In this document: positions 9,970-19,148 of the stretch, one piece after another
Layout of the letters: every line of letters begins with the position of its first letter
Numbering within the stretch: the stretch's first letter is position 1
The notes under the pieces: model-generated
Database searches by the model: none
What the model saw: only the letters and a program-made list of their open reading frames with translations
Told to the model about the DNA's origin: nothing
Made by a program: the position numbers and the translations under genes
Assembly: GCA_044228875.1 (NCBI GenBank)
Contig: JBGAUA010000001.1
Location: forward strand, 14,713 to 78,712
DNA length: 64,000 bases
Source of the DNA: Anaerolineae bacterium
GTDB taxonomy: Bacteria > Chloroflexota > Anaerolineae > Epilineales > Epilineaceae
Reading direction: 5' to 3'

Positions 9970-10850
9970 CCTTCCCGGAGATCTCCGACGCCCAGTTGGA
10001 CGACTGGTTGGAGCATGCCGCGGCCATAGCCAGGGCGGCGGGCGACCTGCTCCGAGAGCGCTACGCGGCCGCGCAGGCGGCGGGCGGCGCCGTTCGCGTC
10101 GCGCACAAGGAACACGCCCACAACCTGGTCACGCAGACGGACCTGGACAGCGAGGCCCTGATCGTCGCCCGCCTCAGGGCCGCGTTTCCCGCGCATGGGC
10201 TGCTGGCCGAGGAGGGCGGCCGGTCGGATTCCGCGGCCGGGACATCCCTGCGCTGGCTGATCGACCCTCTGGACGGCACGAACAACTTCGCGCACGGCAT
10301 CGGGATCTTCGCGGTCAACCTGGCCTTGACCCTGGACGACGAGCCTCTCCTTGGCGTGACCTTCGACCCGCTCCGGGACGAACTCTTCAGCAGCCGTCTC
10401 GGAGGCGGCGCCTGGCTCAACGGACGGCGGCTGGCCGTCTCTCCCGGCCGTACCCTGGAGGAGGCCGTCGTTGCCACCGGCTTCCCCTACGACAAGCAGG
10501 TCAATGCGGACAACAACCTGGCCCAGTTCGCCGCCGTCATGCCCCTGGTGCGAGGCATCCGCCGCCTGGGCAGCGCCGCCCTGGACCTGGCCTACGTGGC
10601 CGCCGGTCGCTTCGACGCCTACTGGGAACGGGGCATCCAGGCCTGGGACGTGGCGCCGGGCATCCTCCTGGTGCGGGAGGCAGGCGGCATGGTCACGGAT
10701 GCCGAAGGCCGCACGATGCGGCCCGGCGCGGGCCGCATCGTGGCCACCAACGGCCGACTGCACGACGCGCTGATGGAACGGCTGGCCGCGGCCGGCTCGA
10801 CGAAGGCCCAGGGTTCGGTGACCCGACCTACGTCGGTCCAGGACCGATGA
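9966..10850 (+). CDS. suhB: Inositol monophosphatase family protein
   Basis: Classic IMPase motifs 'WLIDPLDGTNNFAHG' and 'LDLAYVAAGRFDAYWE'. Confidence 0.85.
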   Translation: MTFPEISDAQLDDWLEHAAAIARAAGDLLRERYAAAQAAGGAVRVAHKEHAHNLVTQTDLDSEALIVARLRAAFPAHGLLAEEGGRSDSAAGTSLRWLIDPLDGTNNFAHGIGIFAVNLALTLDDEPLLGVTFDPLRDELFSSRLGGGAWLNGRRLAVSPGRTLEEAVVATGFPYDKQVNADNNLAQFAAVMPLVRGIRRLGSAALDLAYVAAGRFDAYWERGIQAWDVAPGILLVREAGGMVTDAEGRTMRPGAGRIVATNGRLHDALMERLAAAGSTKAQGSVTRPTSVQDR

Positions 10851-11767
10851 CCGCCACCCTTGCGGCCGGTCTGCCACCGCCGCCGCTCCTGGCCGTCCTA
10901 GCCCGGGCCCTGCGGGCAACCAAGGTCTGGCTGCCAGGCCCGGCGGAGGCCTGGGACGTCGACTGGCGATCCCGACTGCCTCGGGGTCTGGAGCCATGCG
11001 CCTTGCCGGAGGACGGCATGCCGCCGCCCGGGGTCAGCCTGGCGATACTGCCGGAGGGCGTCGACGCGGCGCTCGCGATCGCGGCCGGGGTGGCGCTGTT
11101 CCTGCTGCCGACCGGCCCCATGCCTCCCGCCACACCGTTGCTGGCGCCCCTGCGCCTGGCCGGAGGCGGTCTGTGGCTTGCGGGCAGTTGCCGCGCCGGC
11201 CTGAGCGCGGCGGCGACCAAGAGCCTTGCCCGGCTGGCCGAGCAGGAGCGGGCCAAGGCCTCCTTGGACCTGCTTCCGCCGGAGGTGGGCGCCCTGGTGC
11301 ACGTGCTGGCCGCCGCCAGGGTCAGCCGGCGGGCCCTGGAGCTTGGTGCCGGGGCCGGCGCAAGCTCGCTGTGGCTGGCCTCGGCCCTCGTCGCCACAGG
11401 CGGCTCGCTGATCGCCATCGAGAAGGACAGCGCGCGGGTGAACCTGGCGCAAAGGGCCCTGCGCGCCGCGGACCTGGCCGCGAGGGTGGACCTGCGCATC
11501 GGCGAGGTGGAGCGGCTGGCTCCCAAGCTGGGCCGAGGCATCGACCTGTTGCTGATGGACGAGGGATTGGAGGACCGCGCGGAGCGGCTGGACCTGTTGC
11601 TGAACCTCGGCGTCCTGGCCCAGGGAGCCATCATCGTGGCCCACGGCGGTCGCCAGGATCCGGGCCGCGATGCCGCCTTCCAGGCACGGCTGCAGCTGGA
11701 ACCGCGCATCGCGGTACGGCTGAGGCTCAACCTGGGGGCAGGGGTGACGCTGGGCGTGGTGGCCTAG
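10847..11767 (+). CDS. Class I SAM-dependent O-methyltransferase (family-3-like) with a long Pro/Ala/Leu-rich N-terminal extension
   Basis: ATG at 10847 overlaps the suhB stop (ATGA). C-terminal ~170 aa has the SAM-binding 'LELGAGAGASSLWLASAL..GGSLIAIEKD' and 'IDLLLMDEG' of caffeoyl-CoA-OMT-like enzymes. The N-terminal 130 aa is low-complexity, so the true start is uncertain. Confidence 0.5.
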   Translation: MTATLAAGLPPPPLLAVLARALRATKVWLPGPAEAWDVDWRSRLPRGLEPCALPEDGMPPPGVSLAILPEGVDAALAIAAGVALFLLPTGPMPPATPLLAPLRLAGGGLWLAGSCRAGLSAAATKSLARLAEQERAKASLDLLPPEVGALVHVLAAARVSRRALELGAGAGASSLWLASALVATGGSLIAIEKDSARVNLAQRALRAADLAARVDLRIGEVERLAPKLGRGIDLLLMDEGLEDRAERLDLLLNLGVLAQGAIIVAHGGRQDPGRDAAFQARLQLEPRIAVRLRLNLGAGVTLGVVA

Positions 11768-11914
11768 GCGGCGCGGTACGGCCGCCGCGGCCGTGCCCGC
11801 CCCCATCCCCTGGCCGGCGTACTCACCCCACGCTATACTCGGCCGCGCTTGACGCAGTTTCGCCAGCGACCCACCGTCGGCATGCCGACCGCCCCCGCCC
11901 GGGAGAGCCAGACC

Positions 11915-12256
11915 ATGAACGCCGAGCTCGCCACCCGCTTCAACCTGCTGGCCGCGGCCTATGCGCTGAGCGCGGCGCTGCTGCTGCTCTGCAGCATCGT
12001 CGCCTGGAACGCCTGGCGCAGCTTCAAGCAAAGCGCCGACCTCATGTGGATGGGCGCCTTCATGGTCGGCTTGCTGGTGCAGGTGGGCAGCGTATGGGAA
12101 GCCCTGGTCCTCAAGGACGCCATCCGCCTGTTGAACCCCTCTCTGTTGGCGACCTTCGCCGACACCACCCGCCTGCGACTGCCGTTTGCCACCTTCATGG
12201 TGGTGGCGAGCTTCCTGACCTTCATGGCCTTCCGCGCCCGCCGCTCCGACTTCTGA
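11915..12256 (+). CDS. Small hypothetical membrane protein (3 TM)
   Basis: ATG at 11915 preceded by 'gggagag'. Three hydrophobic helices. No known domain. Confidence 0.35.
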   Translation: MNAELATRFNLLAAAYALSAALLLLCSIVAWNAWRSFKQSADLMWMGAFMVGLLVQVGSVWEALVLKDAIRLLNPSLLATFADTTRLRLPFATFMVVASFLTFMAFRARRSDF

Positions 12257-12262
12257 GCTGGT

Positions 12263-13366
12263 ATGCCGGACTTCGTCGCCGACCTGGCGCAGGAGCTCGC
12301 GGGACGCGGCGACTCGCTGCGGCGCGCCTTGGGGCAGCCGCTGGAGCGCGATGACCAGGACCTGGCTCGGTTGGTGCGCACCCATTGGGCGCCCTTGCCG
12401 CCGGCAACGCCGCTCGGGCCCGCCTGCGCCGTCGACGGCAGCCTGGGCCAATTGGACCTGGACAACGGCGGCTATTTCATCGTCGCCCAGGCTCTGGCCA
12501 TGGGCAGCGATGGCCTCGAGCGCTCGCGCGTTGCCGTCGAGTTGTTGCCGCCCACTGTCGCCCGCGCCACGGCAGCCCGCCTGGCGGACCTCCTGCAGCG
12601 CGGGCTGGAGTTGTCCCTGGCCGAAGCGGTGCTGCGCGAGGGGGCCCTGCCGCCTGGTGGTCTCCTCCATCTGGACGGCGCCCTGTACGGCCTCCTGCCG
12701 CAACTGTACCCCCTGCGCCTCGACGCCGACGTGGACCTGCCGGACCACCCCAGGCGTGTCCTGGACGCCTACCTGGGACTCCTGAGCACCGCACGGGCGG
12801 CCGACGTGGGCATCGTCGCCGTGGCGAAGACCAGCCGCGAGGCAACCCACGCGAAGATCTGGCGGGAGGCCGCCGGGCTGGAGGGGCGCCTGGACATTCC
12901 CGCGTCCTGGAGCGACGCGGCCTTGATCAGCCGGTGGGCCGCTGAGGGGGCTGGGTTCTCCCAGCCGGTGGTCCTGGGCCGGCGCGGCTTTGTGGGCGGC
13001 TCGCTGGAGATCCTGCAGCAGCCCGAGGTGGCCGACTCCCCCGCCATCGTCAGCTGCTTCGTGCGCCTGGCGCCCCTGGACGATCTCCTGCGCGTGGACC
13101 TGCCCGCCCATCAGGCCGGTGATCCTCGCCGTTTGGGCGAACTGGACGCCGAGATCCTTTCCGGCGGAGCGGCGGCTGTCGCCCCCGTCCTCGGTCAACT
13201 CGCCGCGGATTGGGGCGGGACCGATGTCTACAACGCCCTGCTCTATGCCGTGGATCGGGCCGTACGCCTGCGCCGCCAGACCCTGGCCGAGGTCTACCTC
13301 CCGCTCCTGGCGGAGGAACTGGCCCTGCCACTGCGCCCGGACCGATCCAGCCGGCGCTTCCTGTAG
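12263..13366 (+). CDS. NurA-like 5'-3' nuclease domain protein (tentative)
   Basis: N-terminal 'CAVDGSLGQLDLDNGGYFIVAQALAMGS' resembles NurA motif I (catalytic Asp in xxDGS), at the expected position ~50 of a ~360-aa protein. No herA-like ATPase is adjacent. Confidence 0.4.
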   Translation: MPDFVADLAQELAGRGDSLRRALGQPLERDDQDLARLVRTHWAPLPPATPLGPACAVDGSLGQLDLDNGGYFIVAQALAMGSDGLERSRVAVELLPPTVARATAARLADLLQRGLELSLAEAVLREGALPPGGLLHLDGALYGLLPQLYPLRLDADVDLPDHPRRVLDAYLGLLSTARAADVGIVAVAKTSREATHAKIWREAAGLEGRLDIPASWSDAALISRWAAEGAGFSQPVVLGRRGFVGGSLEILQQPEVADSPAIVSCFVRLAPLDDLLRVDLPAHQAGDPRRLGELDAEILSGGAAAVAPVLGQLAADWGGTDVYNALLYAVDRAVRLRRQTLAEVYLPLLAEELALPLRPDRSSRRFL

Positions 13367-13575
13367 CCTGAGACCCGCGGTCCCGACCACGCTACCGGCC
13401 GAGCCGAGGGCGCTGGGTCGCCGTCACGTCGCGAACGGCATTCCAGCCGCGCAAGGGGCGGGAAATGACCGACCGCTGGCCCCCGCCCTCCCCACCGGAT
13501 ATAATGCCGCCCCCCCACCGGGCGGAGGCCGCGATTCCATTCGCCGACGCAGCTCGCCGCTCCAAGGAGATCCCA

Positions 13576-13913
13576 TGGACAGCCTCTTGGCCCCCCTGTC
13601 GGTCTACAAGCCCCTGATGCGCATGACGGCAGCCGGTCTCGGCGCCGCGATGGCGCTCCTGCTCTTCAGCCTGGCCGTCTGGGCCTGGCGCGACATCAGC
13701 GCCCGGAGCCGGGACAGTCTGTTACGCGCCGGCGCCGTCATCCTGGTGGTGGGCCTGCCTGCCTTCGGGATCATCGTCTACATGCTCCTCCGACCGCGCG
13801 AGACCATCGCGGAGCGCTACGAGCGAGAGCTGATCGAAGAGCTGCTGGCGCGGGAGGTCAGCACCGGAGCACTCAGCCGGCGATCCGTACGCCAGGCCGC
13901 CCCCGGTTCCTGA
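13576..13913 (+). CDS. PLDc_N-domain small membrane protein
   Basis: Strong SD 'aaggagatccc' before the ATG. Two TM helices with 'WAWRDISARSRDS' and 'YMLLRPRE' typical of cardiolipin-synthase N-terminal domain (PLDc_N) mini-proteins. Preceded by a TATAAT at 13500-13505. Confidence 0.5.
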
Positions 13914-13934
13914 GCCGGATCCCCGCATAGCCCC

Positions 13935-14942
13935 ATGAGCAAGCCCGACCTGGCCGTGAACATCGCCGGGCTGCAGTTGCTGAATCCACTGGTCCTGGCC
14001 TCCGGCATCCTGGGCACCCACGCGTCCTTGATGTTGCGTGCGGCCCAAGGCGGAGCCGGCGCCATCACCGCGAAGAGCGCCGGCCCCCAGCCTCGCAGCG
14101 GCCATCCCAATCCGAGCTGCGTCGACTTCGGTGGCGGCCTGCTGAACGCCATCGGTCTGGCGAACCCCGGGGCGGAGGCCGAGGTGGCGCTGCTCCGCGA
14201 GACCCGCACCCATCTGTTGCCCCTCGGCGTGCCGCTCATCGCCAGCATCTTCGCCGATCGGGTGGAGAACTTCGGACGCGTCGCGGCGCGGATCGCCGAG
14301 GCGGCGCCCGACCTCCTCGAGGTCAACATCAGCTGCCCCAACGTGGCCTCGGATTTCGGCGAGCCGTTTGCCGGCAGCCCGGCCTCAGCCGCCGCGGTGA
14401 CCGCGGCGGTACGCAGCCAGGTCGCCATGCCCATCATCATCAAGCTGGCCCCCAACGTGCCGGACCTGGGACAGATCGCGAAGGCCGTGGTGGACGCCGG
14501 CGCGGACGCCATCTGTGCCGTCAACACCATGCCCGGCCTCCTGGTGGATCTGGAGAGCGGCCAACCTGTTCTGGCCAACCGCAGCGGCGGCATCAGCGGC
14601 GCCGCCCTCGCGCCCATCGCCCTCTACGCCGTCTACCAGATCACAGCCGCCGTCAAGGTGCCCGTCATCGGCACGGGGGGTGTCGGCAGCGGAGCCGATG
14701 CCCTGCGCATGATCATGGCCGGCGCCACGGCCGTGGGCGTGGGGTCAGCCGTCTACCGTGAAGGTCCGGCGGTCTTCGGGCGCATCGCCGCGGAGATGGC
14801 CGACTGGCTTGCCGAACGAGGCCTGACCCTGGACCAGGTTCGTGGCCGGGCCCATGACCGGCCGCTCTGGCCGGAGACGCCATCCACACCGCCGGTCCCC
14901 CATGCCATGGACCGGAGCGGCGACCGCGAGGGACCCGGATGA
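13935..14942 (+). CDS. pyrD: Dihydroorotate dehydrogenase, class 1B catalytic subunit
   Basis: 'NPLVLASGILG', 'NISCPNV', 'IIIKLAPNV', 'IGTGGVGSGADALRMIMAGATAVGVGSAV' are all PyrD signatures. Confidence 0.9.
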   Translation: MSKPDLAVNIAGLQLLNPLVLASGILGTHASLMLRAAQGGAGAITAKSAGPQPRSGHPNPSCVDFGGGLLNAIGLANPGAEAEVALLRETRTHLLPLGVPLIASIFADRVENFGRVAARIAEAAPDLLEVNISCPNVASDFGEPFAGSPASAAAVTAAVRSQVAMPIIIKLAPNVPDLGQIAKAVVDAGADAICAVNTMPGLLVDLESGQPVLANRSGGISGAALAPIALYAVYQITAAVKVPVIGTGGVGSGADALRMIMAGATAVGVGSAVYREGPAVFGRIAAEMADWLAERGLTLDQVRGRAHDRPLWPETPSTPPVPHAMDRSGDREGPG

Positions 14943-15694
14943 TGGCCACTGACACCAGCGGCGGCAGTAGGACCGGCGGGCTGCCGCTGCCCTACCGGGT
15001 CGCGTCGACGCGACAGGAGAACCACCGCACACGCACGATCATCCTGGATGGTGCCGTGAACGCCGAGCCAGGTCAGTTCTGCATGCTTTGGTTGCCCGGC
15101 CTGGACGAGAAGCCCTTCAGTGTCGCCGCCGACAACCCGGCGGCCTTCACCGTCGCCGCGGTCGGCCCCTTCAGCCGTGCGATCCACGCGCTCTCTCCGG
15201 GCGACCGCATCTGGCTGCGAGGCCCCTTCGGACGGCCCTTTCGACTGGAGGGACGCGACGCCCTCATGGTGGGCGGCGGCTACGGCGTCGCGCCCATGCT
15301 GCTATTGGCCGGCCGAGCGCTGGCCGCCGGCCAGCGCGTAAGGGTGGCCATCGGGGCACGAGAAGCCGGCGACCTGCTGCTGGCCGACGCCTTCCGCGAG
15401 CTGGGTGTCGAGCCCATCCTGACCACCGATGACGGTAGCATGGGACGACGCGGTCGGGTCACTGAAGCCCTGGCGCCGCTCTTTGACGCCGACCCTCCGG
15501 ATGCCCTCTACGCCTGCGGCCCGCATGGCATGCTGGCGGCGCTGGCCGACCTGGCCCGCGCACACCGCCTGCCCGCCCAGTTGTCCTGGGAAGCCTACAT
15601 GCGCTGCGGCATCGGCATCTGCGGCAGCTGCGAGCAGGATGGGCGGCTGCTCTGCGCCGACGGCCCGGTGCTCAGGGAGGATGATCCATGTTAG
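14939..15694 (+). CDS. pyrK: Dihydroorotate dehydrogenase electron-transfer subunit
   Basis: ATGA overlap with pyrD. FAD/NAD-binding 'GQFCMLWLPG', 'LMVGGGYGVAPM'. C-terminal Fe-S cysteine cluster 'CGIGICGSC..C'. Confidence 0.85.
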   Translation: MMATDTSGGSRTGGLPLPYRVASTRQENHRTRTIILDGAVNAEPGQFCMLWLPGLDEKPFSVAADNPAAFTVAAVGPFSRAIHALSPGDRIWLRGPFGRPFRLEGRDALMVGGGYGVAPMLLLAGRALAAGQRVRVAIGAREAGDLLLADAFRELGVEPILTTDDGSMGRRGRVTEALAPLFDADPPDALYACGPHGMLAALADLARAHRLPAQLSWEAYMRCGIGICGSCEQDGRLLCADGPVLREDDPC

Positions 15695-18339
15695 ATCGGC
15701 TTTCCCGCCGGACAGTCCACCCGCAACCTTCCCGTTTCCCCGCCGTTTCGGTCCCGGATGCCGGTGAACGGGAGCGCGCGTGGGCGGGGGCGCGGGTCCG
15801 CAAGCAGGCTCGAGCATCGCGCCTCCGTCCTGCCCTGCCCCTGCTCCTCGTCCTCGGCGCGACGCTCATTTCTCCGGCGAGCGCACCCCCGCCCGGCATG
15901 CCGTCCTCCGCGGCGCTCGCCCAGGGGCGGCGCCCGCCGGCCGGTGGCGCGCTCTGGGGATGGGGCGGCTACAGCGCCATCGCTCCTGAGAACACCCTGG
16001 CCGCCCTCCGCGCCGCCGCGGAGGCGGGATTCCCCCGCGTCTGGGTGGATGTGCGAGCGACCCTGGACCAGGTACCCGTCCTGTTGCGCGACGAGACCCT
16101 GGACCGCAGCACCGTATGCAGCGGCGCGGTGAAGCAGCTGCCGGCGAGCACCGTCACCGCTTGCGACGCCGGATCGCGCTTTGACGCGGCCTTCGCCGGA
16201 GAGAAGGTACCTCGCCTGGCCGAGGCGCTGGCCATCCCCGGCCTCAGCCTGGTGTTGGAGCTGCGCGATGCGCCTCCGGCCGCGGTACTCGGCGTGATCC
16301 AGGCCGCGGGCGCCGGAACGCGGGTGACCATCGTCAGTCCGGATGCGGAGATCCTGGCAGCCTTCAACCCTGTTCTGCCGCCCGGGGCGCTGCGCCTGCG
16401 CGGCGTGGACCTGAGCCGCCGCACCCTGCAGTCCCTCCTGGGTGCCGGTGTGGGCGGCCTGGTGCTCGATGCCCTCGCCATGGAGGACTTGGACACCGCG
16501 AACCTGGCCCAACTTCGCCAGGCCGGCCTGAAGCTGGACGTAGGCCCGGCCCTCGAGGAGCGCGACCTCTACGCCGCAGCCGCCATCGGCGCCGACGCCA
16601 TCGCCGTCGAGCGCCTGGTGCCCGCTGAGCGGGCTCTGGGCCTGTCATGGCGTAGCTACAGCTCAGCGGCTTTCGGCTTGAGCACCTCCGGTCCACAAGC
16701 CTTCGGCCGTGCCTTGGCCACCGGCGACTTCAACGGCGACCGGCGGACGGACCTCGCCTTGGGAGCTCCTTTGGAAGGCGCCACGGCGACCGGCGCGGGT
16801 TGGGTGGGCGTCAGCTACGGCGGCAGCCGCTTTCCCGGGACGGTCTACCAGGAAGCGGGCACCGAGCAGGATGGCGAGTGGGGCAGTGGCTTTGCCGCCG
16901 CGGACTGGAACGACGACGGCATCGACGACCTGGCTATCGGCTACCCCCTCCGTGACTTCACCGCCGGAAACAGCGGCGCCATCTGGCTTTGGGATGGGGC
17001 TGGTGGCGGCTTCGGACGGCTGACACGTCCGGTAGGCCCGCGGGCGGATACCGGCGCCCATCTGGGCGAGACGCTGGCCGAAGGCGACTTCAACGCCGAC
17101 GGCGTCACGGATCTGGCCGTCGCCGCGCCGGACACGGTGTTGGAGGGTCAACAGTCGGCCGGGCGCGTTTGGATCCTGCCCGGCCAGTCGGGCTCGGGCC
17201 CGGTCACCACCGGCCAGATCGTCATCGACCGCACCGACGAAGAGGTGCCCCGCGCGCCCTTGCCGCGCGAGCGTTTGGGCGCCGCCCTCGCCATGGGCGA
17301 CTTCAACGGCGACGGTGTCACGGATCTGGCCATCGGCGGTCCCGGCGGCGGAACCGAGACCGTGGCCCAAGCCGGCACAGTGTTGTTGGCCTTCGGCTCG
17401 ACCCGGGATCCTCAGACGGGCGACGGCCGCTACCTGGGCGTGGTGGAGGTCCATCGCGACCTGCCGGAGATCGCGGGCAACGCCGAACGGGGCGGTATGT
17501 TCGGCGCTTCGCTGGCGGTGGCGGACTTCGACGGCGACGCCTACGACGACCTGGCGATCGGCTCGCCGGGGACGACGGTGAACGGAGTGCGCGGCGCGGG
17601 AGACCTGGTGATCCTCTTCGGCGGCGCCGACCTGGTCACGGAAGGCGCGGAAGATCCGATGGACCCGATGAAGCGCCTGCCGGCCACGTTGACCCTGGGC
17701 CGCGCCCTGACGTTGGACCAGGGCACGGGAGCGATTCCAGGCGAGCCGAGCAGCCGGGCGGCATGGGCTTCCGGCCTCGCGGTGGGCGACCTGGACGGTG
17801 ATGGGCGGCCGGATCTGGCGGTGAGCAGCAAGGAGTCGGTGGACCGGCTGACCGGCGCGGGCTCGGTCACGCTGCTCTATGGCGGGCCAGACGGGCCGGA
17901 CAGTCGCCTGGCGATGCGCCTCACCCCCGGCATGGCGCCCCTGGCCTTGCCGGCCTCGGGCGACCTGGGCTTCGGCGCGGCCATGGCAATGAGCGACTTC
18001 AACGGGGACGGGGCGCTAGACCTGGCTCTCGGCGCCCCGGGTCGGGCGGTAGACGGCTTCGCCCGCGCGGGGCTGCTGGCAGTGGCTTGGGGCTACGACC
18101 CGCTGCTGCCCGGCGTGCCCACCCCCACAGCCCTGCCGCCCACTGCCAGCCCGACGGCGACGACGACGGAAGTGGTCACCCCCTCCATCACGCCGACCCC
18201 CGTCAACACGCCGACCGGCACATCCACCGCCACGGCCACCACGGCCCCGCGGCCGGCCTTCCTGCCGATGGCTATCCGCCTGCGGGCCTTCCCGGGGCGT
18301 TACCCCACGCCGGCGCCGGGGCTGACGCTGCGCCGGTGA
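15688..18339 (+). CDS. Secreted glycerophosphodiester phosphodiesterase domain fused to FG-GAP (integrin-alpha-like) repeat beta-propeller, with Thr/Pro-rich C-terminal linker
   Basis: Start overlaps the pyrK stop. Signal-like 'ALPLLLVLGATLISPASA'. GDPD region ~16000-16650. At least 7 repeats of 'GDFNGDGxxDLAxGAP' (FG-GAP). C-terminal 'PTPTALPPTASPTATTTEVVTPSITPTPVNTPTGTSTATATT'. Confidence 0.7.
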   Translation: MLDRLSRRTVHPQPSRFPAVSVPDAGERERAWAGARVRKQARASRLRPALPLLLVLGATLISPASAPPPGMPSSAALAQGRRPPAGGALWGWGGYSAIAPENTLAALRAAAEAGFPRVWVDVRATLDQVPVLLRDETLDRSTVCSGAVKQLPASTVTACDAGSRFDAAFAGEKVPRLAEALAIPGLSLVLELRDAPPAAVLGVIQAAGAGTRVTIVSPDAEILAAFNPVLPPGALRLRGVDLSRRTLQSLLGAGVGGLVLDALAMEDLDTANLAQLRQAGLKLDVGPALEERDLYAAAAIGADAIAVERLVPAERALGLSWRSYSSAAFGLSTSGPQAFGRALATGDFNGDRRTDLALGAPLEGATATGAGWVGVSYGGSRFPGTVYQEAGTEQDGEWGSGFAAADWNDDGIDDLAIGYPLRDFTAGNSGAIWLWDGAGGGFGRLTRPVGPRADTGAHLGETLAEGDFNADGVTDLAVAAPDTVLEGQQSAGRVWILPGQSGSGPVTTGQIVIDRTDEEVPRAPLPRERLGAALAMGDFNGDGVTDLAIGGPGGGTETVAQAGTVLLAFGSTRDPQTGDGRYLGVVEVHRDLPEIAGNAERGGMFGASLAVADFDGDAYDDLAIGSPGTTVNGVRGAGDLVILFGGADLVTEGAEDPMDPMKRLPATLTLGRALTLDQGTGAIPGEPSSRAAWASGLAVGDLDGDGRPDLAVSSKESVDRLTGAGSVTLLYGGPDGPDSRLAMRLTPGMAPLALPASGDLGFGAAMAMSDFNGDGALDLALGAPGRAVDGFARAGLLAVAWGYDPLLPGVPTPTALPPTASPTATTTEVVTPSITPTPVNTPTGTSTATATTAPRPAFLPMAIRLRAFPGRYPTPAPGLTLRR

Positions 18340-18413
18340 TCAGGCGGCGGGCGCATGACGGCCGGAAGACTACGGCCAATCTGCCAAGGCTCGCTCCGCC
18401 CACCGGCCCGGAC

Positions 18414-19148
18414 TCAGTCGTCGTCGAACACCGGCACGGCGGACGACAGCTGCACCCGGTTGTTGCCGTTGCGCTCTCGCACCGCCTGCACGATATCGCG
18501 CGGCGTGGCGTCCTTGCGCAGACGCACCGCGTAATGCAGTTCGGTCATCAGGCCCGCCTGCACCGTCTGGATGGACTGCAGGCTGGCGCTGTCCACGTAG
18601 CGGGCGAAGGGCTCCGCCAGTACCTGCTCGAAGTCGATGTCCGGCGTCACGCGGATGATCAGGCTGTGGCTGGGTCGGTCCGGGGCGAACAGGTTCAAGC
18701 GCGAGACCATCCAGACGAGCAGCGACACCAACGCCGTGGTGAACACTGCGATACCGTATTCCTGCGCGCCGATGGACAGTCCGATGGCCATGGCCAGGAA
18801 GATGAAGCCCACATCGATGGATTGGCTGACATTGCGTCGGAAGCGGATGATGGAGAAAGCCGCGAACACCGCCAGAGCCGTGTGCACGCGCGTGGAGACC
18901 ACCATGATCACCACCGTGACCACCATGCCCAGCATGATCAAGGTCTGCACGTAGTCCTGCTGGTAGCCTGGGCCCGGATGGACCCTCTGGTACACCCAGC
19001 CGATGATGACCAGAAGGGCGAAGGCCAGAGCCAGGGCCCCCAAAACCTCCAAGGGCCCGACCGGCACTGCCACCGCATCGGCCGCGGCCGGCGCCGCGCC
19101 GGTGCCGAAGAGCAGGTTCATTGCGTCGGTCGCGCTATCCATGCCCAA
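18414..19148 (-). CDS. DUF4956 domain membrane protein
   Basis: 4 TM helices in the N-terminal half and a soluble C-terminal domain; the 240-aa architecture matches DUF4956. Start overlaps the end of the upstream VTC gene by ~30 nt. Confidence 0.6.
   Translation of the reverse strand: MGMDSATDAMNLLFGTGAAPAAADAVAVPVGPLEVLGALALAFALLVIIGWVYQRVHPGPGYQQDYVQTLIMLGMVVTVVIMVVSTRVHTALAVFAAFSIIRFRRNVSQSIDVGFIFLAMAIGLSIGAQEYGIAVFTTALVSLLVWMVSRLNLFAPDRPSHSLIIRVTPDIDFEQVLAEPFARYVDSASLQSIQTVQAGLMTELHYAVRLRKDATPRDIVQAVRERNGNNRVQLSSAVPVFDDD

Noticed and set aside
10898-13390. 830-aa minus-strand ORF spanning the suhB-downstream OMT, small membrane protein and NurA-like genes
   Set aside because: Its translation is dominated by Gly/Ala/Arg/Gln/His runs (e.g. 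QGQ, RRRR) with no domain motifs. It is antisense to several plus-strand genes that show family motifs and GC3 bias. Typical high-GC shadow ORF.
18087-18300. Thr/Pro-rich stretch at the C-terminus of the GDPD-FG-GAP gene considered as a tandem DNA repeat or CRISPR-like array
   Set aside because: Periodicity is at the amino-acid level (PT/TPT linker) within a continuous ORF. No spacer-repeat architecture. It is a protein stalk/linker.
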